NCBI GenBank assembly: GCA_944320495.1
Contig: CALUHR010000013.1
Coordinates: 64,001-128,000 of the forward strand
Source of the DNA: Candidatus Methanomethylophilaceae archaeon
GTDB taxonomy: Archaea; Thermoplasmatota; Thermoplasmata; Methanomassiliicoccales; Methanomethylophilaceae
Direction of reading: 5' to 3'
Length of the DNA: 64,000 nt
A program made the translations under genes and the position numbers. The notes below the pieces were generated by a model that did no database searches, had not been told where the DNA came from, and saw nothing but the letters and a program-made list of their open reading frames with translations. This document shows positions 58,039-64,000 of the stretch, in pieces; position 1 is the stretch's first letter, and every line of letters begins with the position of its first letter.

Positions 58039-58380
58039 TCGCAGGGTCCTGTCGATCCTGTGTATCTCCTCGTACTGCTCTAGGACCTCGCCGTCCTCGC
58101 GCATCTCGCCGCAGATGATGAAATCGGCGGCCTGCAGATGGTTGGCCACCCTCGTCCCGCCGGGGGTGATCGTGTAGAACCTCGTGACGTGCTTCCCCGT
58201 CTCGAGGTATGTGTCGGCCATTCCCAGCTCGACGAGCCTGCGGCCGATCCTGGAGGCCGTGGTGTAGTTCGAACCGAACCTGTAGAGGTCGCCCTCCTTG
58301 ATGCGGCCCTTGTAGCTCAGAAACATGATGGCATCCGCTATGTACCTTTCCGACAACGGGGATACATCGTTGCGTGCCAC
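58039..58380 (-). CDS. Small winged-helix DNA-binding protein (113 aa with CGA stop 58041-58039)
   Basis: 'NYTTASRIGRRLVELGM', 'FYTITPGG.RVA..L'. GTG start. Confidence 0.6.
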
Positions 58381-58481
58381 ACGATGTTAGTGCAAGACGG
58401 GTTTTATCCAGATTTTCATTTATAAACTAAGTCTATATTCAATTCTAAAGAAGATATTCAATTCTTATAGTATGTAATCAG

Positions 58482-59927
58482 ATGTGGATTTTGATTCGAA
58501 TGAATGCGCGCCTCAAAGCCATCATGACCATAACGGCGATTCTGATAATGTGCGGAGCATTCGTAATGATGAGCGAGAAGGCGTGCGCCGAAGAGGGCGC
58601 ATCCCCGACCTTGGATTCCGATGCGACCGCTTATGCCTCTGGACCACAGGTCAACGGAAAGGTCACCAACGGAACATATACGGAAACATACGATGAAAGC
58701 AGTGGCACACTCACCTTCGTCATAAAACCCAACAGCGGCTACTATCTGCCAGACACGGTTTCCGAGACCCATGGTGGGACCACCAATTGGTCGGTAAACA
58801 ACAGCAGAAACGAAGGCACACTAACCTTCACAAACGTAGGCTCCAGCGTCAGTTTCACAGTAATATGTGACAGACCCGAATTCACGGTGAACGTCGACCG
58901 CGGTTCTTACTCCACATCGTACTCGCCTAGCACCGACACGTACACGATCACGATCCGCGCCAACTCCGGATACGTGGTCCCCGAGGACGTCTCCGTGTCC
59001 TCCTACAATTACAGCTGGAACCCCAACAGCTCCAGGAGCTCAGGAACCCTGTACATCTACGACGTCGGATACAACGACAGCGGCAGGGTCAGCGTCGACT
59101 GCATCAAGGTCGTGCCGGTGACCGTGAGCATCACCACGGGAAAGACGATGTCCTCCGTCAGCCTCGGTAACGCCATCCCCGGCGAGACCTTCTACGGGAA
59201 CCTCCCCTCCAGGACCGGGTACGACTACCCGTCGAGCATCTCGATCAAAGCAGGGAACTCCACGGTCAGCTCCAGCAGGTACAGCTACAACAGCAACAGC
59301 GGATCTTTCAGCATCCAGTCGTCGGCGTTCTCCAGCAGCACGTCGTCGATAACGGTCACGGCCAACTACCAGGCCGAGCGGTACAGCGTCTCTGCCGATA
59401 TCGAGCGCGGCGACGTAACGTACTCCGGTTCGCCCGCGTACGAGCAGACGTTCTCCATCCAGATCGTCCCCGACGACGGGTATGCCTACCCGGACAGCGT
59501 CAGGGTCACCAACGGGACCGCATCCACCGGTTGGACATACGATCCCGACACCGGGGTCGTGACCATCTCCAGCGTCAGGGGGGCCATCAAGGTCACCGGG
59601 ACCTGCGACGCAGGCACCTACTCGATCATCTACCACGACGGGAACGAGACGCTCAACCTGAGCCCGAGCCAGTACACGTACAACATCAGGTGCATCCTCC
59701 CCGAGGATGTGGAGAAGCCCAGCTTCATCTTCGTGAAATGGGTGGATTCCGAGGGGAACGAGGTGACGGAGGTGCCCCTCGGCACATTCGGAGAATTCCA
59801 CGTCTACGCCGAGTTCGTCGACGACCTCAGCGACGTGAACGTCGGACTGTACAAGACGCTGTGCTACATCGGAGCGGCCCTCTCGGCCGTGTTCATCGTG
59901 GTACTCGCCTACGTCTCCAGGAAGTGA
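58482..59927 (+). CDS. Cell-surface protein with InlB B-repeat-like domains, signal peptide and C-terminal TM anchor
   Basis: N-terminal hydrophobic leader; repeated 'P(N/D).GY..P..V.V' units; Ser/Thr/Tyr-rich; 'LP...KP.F.F..W' repeat; C-terminal TM followed by 'RK'. Start may be 58500. Confidence 0.8.
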   Translation: MWILIRMNARLKAIMTITAILIMCGAFVMMSEKACAEEGASPTLDSDATAYASGPQVNGKVTNGTYTETYDESSGTLTFVIKPNSGYYLPDTVSETHGGTTNWSVNNSRNEGTLTFTNVGSSVSFTVICDRPEFTVNVDRGSYSTSYSPSTDTYTITIRANSGYVVPEDVSVSSYNYSWNPNSSRSSGTLYIYDVGYNDSGRVSVDCIKVVPVTVSITTGKTMSSVSLGNAIPGETFYGNLPSRTGYDYPSSISIKAGNSTVSSSRYSYNSNSGSFSIQSSAFSSSTSSITVTANYQAERYSVSADIERGDVTYSGSPAYEQTFSIQIVPDDGYAYPDSVRVTNGTASTGWTYDPDTGVVTISSVRGAIKVTGTCDAGTYSIIYHDGNETLNLSPSQYTYNIRCILPEDVEKPSFIFVKWVDSEGNEVTEVPLGTFGEFHVYAEFVDDLSDVNVGLYKTLCYIGAALSAVFIVVLAYVSRK

Positions 59928-59932
59928 TTTGT

Positions 59933-60613
59933 ATGGATCCAAAGAGATGTGATACGTTCGGATCAATCGCCTGGGTACTCGTGATCGGAGGGCTCCTGAT
60001 ACTGGCCATGGTATTCCTTGATATCATGCATACCGCCAGATTGGATACGAATGTTGCGATCTGTGCTCTGCTTGCACTAGGAGGCCCCCTTTTCGCATCC
60101 ATAATCAGCAGAATAGTCCTCCGCAATGACCAATCCAGCGAGAACGACAGATACTACAAGATCTGGCGCATCGACACCCTGGTCTACCTCTACATGATGC
60201 TGATGGCCTGCATCAGCTTCGCGATGTTCATCGAGGCGGGATATGAGACTTCGTCGAGAGAGACACTCGGGCGGACAATGGCGGTCATCTACATACTGCT
60301 GATGATCTGGCTGCCATTCCTCGTAATCAACTGCATCTGCTTCCTCTTCGCGGTCCGCGACCATAACAGAACATCCGCGGCCAGATCGAATGATTTCTAC
60401 AAGGGCCTCCAGGTCATCCTTCTGCAGATCGACGAGATGAACGGCGTCGTCGCTCCGAAGGAGAAGGGCACTAAGACAAAGTTCGGCAAGAAGGGCGGCA
60501 AGAAGGGAGCCGACGGGGTTCTGCCGATCAAAGAGACGAACGCCGTTGACACACAGCAGGACGAGAAGCCCAAGATGAAGCTCAGAAAGAGGGAAAAGAA
60601 GGGAGGTGAGTGA
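59933..60613 (+). CDS. Hypothetical 4-TM membrane protein with Lys-rich C-terminal tail
   Basis: Four hydrophobic segments followed by a 'KEKGTKTKFGKKGGKKG..' tail. ATG at 59933, 5 nt after the upstream stop. Confidence 0.7.
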   Translation: MDPKRCDTFGSIAWVLVIGGLLILAMVFLDIMHTARLDTNVAICALLALGGPLFASIISRIVLRNDQSSENDRYYKIWRIDTLVYLYMMLMACISFAMFIEAGYETSSRETLGRTMAVIYILLMIWLPFLVINCICFLFAVRDHNRTSAARSNDFYKGLQVILLQIDEMNGVVAPKEKGTKTKFGKKGGKKGADGVLPIKETNAVDTQQDEKPKMKLRKREKKGGE

Positions 60614-60614
60614 G

Positions 60615-63600
60615 ATGGTCAGAATCAAGAAGGACGCTTCGGGAGAATCGGCCGAAGAGAAGCCCAAGAAGGGATTCAGTATAAAGAGGGTCGAGAAGAA
60701 CGACCATGCAGCCTCCAACAGGACGAAGAACCACGGGGAAGCGACCCGGGTAACGGACCCTGATGATGCGGCAGATAGGGAAGGATTCGTCGGATCTGCA
60801 GGATACGGCCATGACGACCGGACTGAGAGTCCGACCGATGAGACGGCTGCGAAAACCCCCAACGGCGGATTGCTCAGCGGGAAGAAGAACAGCGATGGCA
60901 CGCCCCGCGACACCAAGAACCCGCGGATGCCTGTGAAAAATCCTGGGAAGAAGGAGACGAGCCAGGAGGACCTGACCAAGCGCAAGGTGGATGACATCTG
61001 CAGCAACATCAATAAGGTCTTCAACAACGTCGAAGCGGGAATCATCTCCAACGAGGACTACATCAAGGTAGTCGACTTCCTGCTGAAGTACAACCGTTTC
61101 GACACCGTGGTCATGGCTACGGAGCATGTCGGCTCCGGCAAATACTCTCTAAGAGCCAGGCTGATCGCCCAGAAGACTGGGGAACTGCTCGCCGCCAACG
61201 ACCTGAGGACGCTGTACAACCTCTACGGTCACGAGGTCCTCTCCGATTCCATCATAGATAACAGATGCGACCTCGGAGAATACCTGGACAGTTACATACA
61301 ACGCAACGCCAAGGCCATCGAGGCCGTCCCGAAGGCCGTCGAGGACCTGAAGCGCGCGTTCCCGTCCGCATCATACTACCCGAGGATGATCGATGAGAGT
61401 TCCGTAAGGGTGTCCTCGAACTACGCGAACGAGGACATCATCAGATGCGACGACTTCAACGGCCTGGATGCCCAGTACAACAGATACAAACAGAGACTGG
61501 AGATCATTCTGGGTTCGGATGTGTTCAAGCAGGCCTACACCAACAGGTTCAAGGCGATCGTGTCGGACATCGACAGGATCGAGGAACTGAAGCCGATACT
61601 CCTGACCCTCGACACGAACATGAACCCGTTCCTGGAACCGTCTGGTCAGATCCTGGCGGACAGGATGGATGAGCTGGTCTGCCATTACATGCACTCCCCC
61701 GGACGCATGGATGAGCTCAACAACCAGTTCAACCGCGCCAACACCGATGTCAAGGACCGCGTCTCGGAATCATACTTCCAGAACGTCGTCCGCATCCTCT
61801 CCAACAGTTCTCACAGCGTGGAGGAACTGTCAGAGGACTACAGGGCGGTCAACTGGGGATATATGCACACCGACGGCAGAGATAGCATCGTCGTCGACGT
61901 CTACTGCAAGAACATCGTCGCCCATATACTGCCGCTGGTCACAAGCAGCATACCCGCCCTCAAATCCTCGGTGCCCAGGGACGATGGCCGCGTGTCCAAG
62001 CGTCTGGCCGAGCTCGTCATCGGACCTGTCTCCAACGGCGACGTGCCCTTCGACAGCCTCTACGCCTGGCTGGAGTACTTCCAGAACGTCACCGATAAGA
62101 GCAACGAGGTGAGCCTCGTCGATTCCAAGATCTGCCTCCAGATTGGGAAGGGATTGATCCAGAACAATCCCGAGGAGGCGTTGGCATACTTCCAGATGGC
62201 GGTCCACGAGGATCTGGGCGGGCTGGAGGTCTACGCCATACTCATCAAAGCACAGAAGAGCCTCGACGACGGCAACACCGGCATGGCGCTGAAGTACGCC
62301 CATGATGCGATCCTGAACAACCCGCGGATGACCTGTGCCGGAAAGGCGTTCTCAGCCTATGTGTCCAACATAAGCACCCCGGGAGAGCTATCGTTCTGCG
62401 AATCCGTGGATTCGTTCATCGACGAGATGAACAACCTGGACCAGATCATCAGCTCCACTACGCTGGACTACATCGCGATGGCCTACTGCGCGGGCAACCT
62501 GTCCCGCGTCGACCTCGTGGGAAAACTCGCTGGTCTGAAGACCGAGAAGAGCAAGTTCTTCGAGGCGTTCTGCGAGACTATCCGCGGAATAGAGCTCCTG
62601 CGTGGGGAATCCTTCGGCGAGGCCCTGGACGCCTTCTCGGAATCCATGGACCTGGCCAGCGACGACGAGCGCCTGACCTATCTCAACAGGATGGGCTACT
62701 CGGCATGCCTATGGGCGACCAACTCCGAGATGACGGCTGGCAATCTGAAGTCCATATGCGAGGAGGCCCAGCGCATGTCCAGCGTCAGGATCGACATCTG
62801 GATGTCCCTGTACATCTCCGGACTGGTGGATGACCACCAGCTCTCGTGGAACTATGCGGCGGACAAGTACATCAGGGCAATGGACTACGTCTTCGACAAG
62901 ACGGAACTCAGGATCCTGGCATCCCGCATGTACATCAAGATGAACGAGCCGGCCGAGGCGAAGAGGATCCTCGAGGGCAACAACGACAACGTGTCGGAGA
63001 TCATGCGCCTCGAGATCGACTTCCTCGTGGGAGCCACCGGAACGGCCACCCGCCCCAGGGGCAGCATCGAGAAGCTCTCCCTGGAGACCCCGTATCAGCG
63101 CGCCCTGGCGGACCGCCTGCTCGGTATGGCCGAGGACTACCACAACGTGTGGGGCAAAGCCGCCGACAAGTACGGCGAGGGGCTGAAGGAGCTGGCCAAC
63201 TCCAAGAGGCGTCGCGACGTCCTGATGAGGGCCGACCTGTACCGCAAGCGCGCCAAGGCCCAGTACAAGGTCTCCAGACAGAACCTCGCCAAGGTCAACG
63301 AGGACTACGAGGCCGCCATCGAACTCCTTCTCAACATGGACGACGGGACCAGCGAGTTCAAGCAGATGATGGAGGACATCGAGAAGGAGAAGGCATCCGT
63401 CAACTCCTCGACAGAGGTCGTAGAGGAGTCCCCGAGGGACATGTCCGTCAAGGCGCTGGATTTCGGAGGCATCGACCTCGTCATGAGGGGAGGCCCCATC
63501 GGGAAGGGAGGGACGTACAACGTGTACGCCGCCAGCTCGACCGACGGCAGGAGATACGCCGTGAGGCTCCTGAAGAGGATCGACCCCTACGTCACCGCGA

Positions 63601-64000
63601 CCAACGCCCTCACCAAATCCGAGGAGTCGAAGCTCCAGAACGAGGAGGACATCTGGAAGGAACTGTCGGACTACTGCCCGGACAAGGTCGTCCAGCTGAT
63701 AGGCTCCATCAAGATCCGCGATGTACCGGCCCAGATCATGGAGTTCGCAGACAAGCAGTACAGCAGGATCGAGAGCTCCCTGTCCATCAGGGAGCGCCAG
63801 GAGGTCGTCATCCGCGTGCTTGACTGTCTGGCGTCCATCCACGAGGCGGGCTTCGTCCACAACGACATCAAACCCGACAACATCATACAGGTCGGAGGGG
63901 TCTGGAAGATCGCCGACTTCGACACCGCCTTCGAGGAGGGCGAGTCCACTCCCAACCCCGGCGGCACGTTCCAGTACGAGTCCCCCGAGCAGTTCAGCGG
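60615..64000 (+). CDS. Large (>1120 aa) protein: disordered N-terminus, helical TPR-like region and C-terminal Hanks-type Ser/Thr kinase (3' truncated; absent from the ORF track)
   Basis: Manually translated from ATG 60615 (SD GGAGGTGA) with no stop before the window end. Kinase motifs 'IGKGGTYNVY', 'HNDIKPDNI', 'KIADFD', 'GT..Y.SPEQ'. Confidence 0.88.
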   Translation, partial: MVRIKKDASGESAEEKPKKGFSIKRVEKNDHAASNRTKNHGEATRVTDPDDAADREGFVGSAGYGHDDRTESPTDETAAKTPNGGLLSGKKNSDGTPRDTKNPRMPVKNPGKKETSQEDLTKRKVDDICSNINKVFNNVEAGIISNEDYIKVVDFLLKYNRFDTVVMATEHVGSGKYSLRARLIAQKTGELLAANDLRTLYNLYGHEVLSDSIIDNRCDLGEYLDSYIQRNAKAIEAVPKAVEDLKRAFPSASYYPRMIDESSVRVSSNYANEDIIRCDDFNGLDAQYNRYKQRLEIILGSDVFKQAYTNRFKAIVSDIDRIEELKPILLTLDTNMNPFLEPSGQILADRMDELVCHYMHSPGRMDELNNQFNRANTDVKDRVSESYFQNVVRILSNSSHSVEELSEDYRAVNWGYMHTDGRDSIVVDVYCKNIVAHILPLVTSSIPALKSSVPRDDGRVSKRLAELVIGPVSNGDVPFDSLYAWLEYFQNVTDKSNEVSLVDSKICLQIGKGLIQNNPEEALAYFQMAVHEDLGGLEVYAILIKAQKSLDDGNTGMALKYAHDAILNNPRMTCAGKAFSAYVSNISTPGELSFCESVDSFIDEMNNLDQIISSTTLDYIAMAYCAGNLSRVDLVGKLAGLKTEKSKFFEAFCETIRGIELLRGESFGEALDAFSESMDLASDDERLTYLNRMGYSACLWATNSEMTAGNLKSICEEAQRMSSVRIDIWMSLYISGLVDDHQLSWNYAADKYIRAMDYVFDKTELRILASRMYIKMNEPAEAKRILEGNNDNVSEIMRLEIDFLVGATGTATRPRGSIEKLSLETPYQRALADRLLGMAEDYHNVWGKAADKYGEGLKELANSKRRRDVLMRADLYRKRAKAQYKVSRQNLAKVNEDYEAAIELLLNMDDGTSEFKQMMEDIEKEKASVNSSTEVVEESPRDMSVKALDFGGIDLVMRGGPIGKGGTYNVYAASSTDGRRYAVRLLKRIDPYVTATNALTKSEESKLQNEEDIWKELSDYCPDKVVQLIGSIKIRDVPAQIMEFADKQYSRIESSLSIRERQEVVIRVLDCLASIHEAGFVHNDIKPDNIIQVGGVWKIADFDTAFEEGESTPNPGGTFQYESPEQFS

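Noticed and set aside
661-58041. Terminal CGAs explained as random T>C sequencing errors, independent pseudogenising mutations, or a GATC-methylation base-calling artefact
   Set aside because: The catalytic motifs I checked are intact, many TGATC sites remain in the sequence, half of the CGA stops are not in a GATC context, and I saw no parallel CAA-for-TAA or ACG-for-ATG cases. Error alone would also not explain the absence of internal CGA. Raw-read validation is still needed to exclude it fully.
59531-59932. N-terminal extension of the 360-aa ORF 59531-60613
   Set aside because: It overlaps the surface-protein gene out of frame. The real gene most likely starts at ATG 59933.
1-64000. tRNA, rRNA, selenocysteine or pyrrolysine read-through genes
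   Set aside because: No cloverleaf or rRNA-like tract was seen in the short intergenic regions, and no gene appeared interrupted by an in-frame TGA or TAG. A small ncRNA could have been missed by eye.

Overview
64 kb of a high-GC archaeal chromosome, most likely Methanomassiliicoccales. The evidence for this is an Fpo-like complex lacking FpoF/FpoO, methanogenesis marker 11, GatDE, a form III RuBisCO, and many bacterial-type accessory genes. About 70 CDS are present, and no rRNA, tRNA or CRISPR array was seen. Contents: a ribosome-biogenesis cluster (aIF-1A, RIO1, KH, Pus10, L21e, RpoF, DUF655, KsgA), YchF, PolB, Nob1, GGR and a prenyl synthase, the fpoABCDHIJJKLMN operon, proC, a folD-kptA-marker11-uppS-radical SAM operon, an AMP phosphorylase/RuBisCO/R15P isomerase operon, a PIN toxin-antitoxin pair, msrA, thyX, HemK2, gatDE, two AAA ATPases, and a surface protein/membrane protein/giant TPR-kinase locus that runs off the right edge. 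Main result: CGA appears to act as a STOP codon. By hand count, 24 of the 68 genes whose 3' end lies in the window end at an in-frame CGA where the protein family ends or where the neighbouring gene begins or ends. The rest are 42 TGA, 2 TAA and 0 TAG. No internal in-frame CGA was found in any gene I scanned codon by codon (most, not all). CGA also forms stop-specific geometries: CGATG stop/start overlaps and CGA|TCG back-to-back convergent stops. The oversized 'fusion' ORFs in the supplied track come from reading CGA as Arg. Coordinates below use CGA as a stop where noted.
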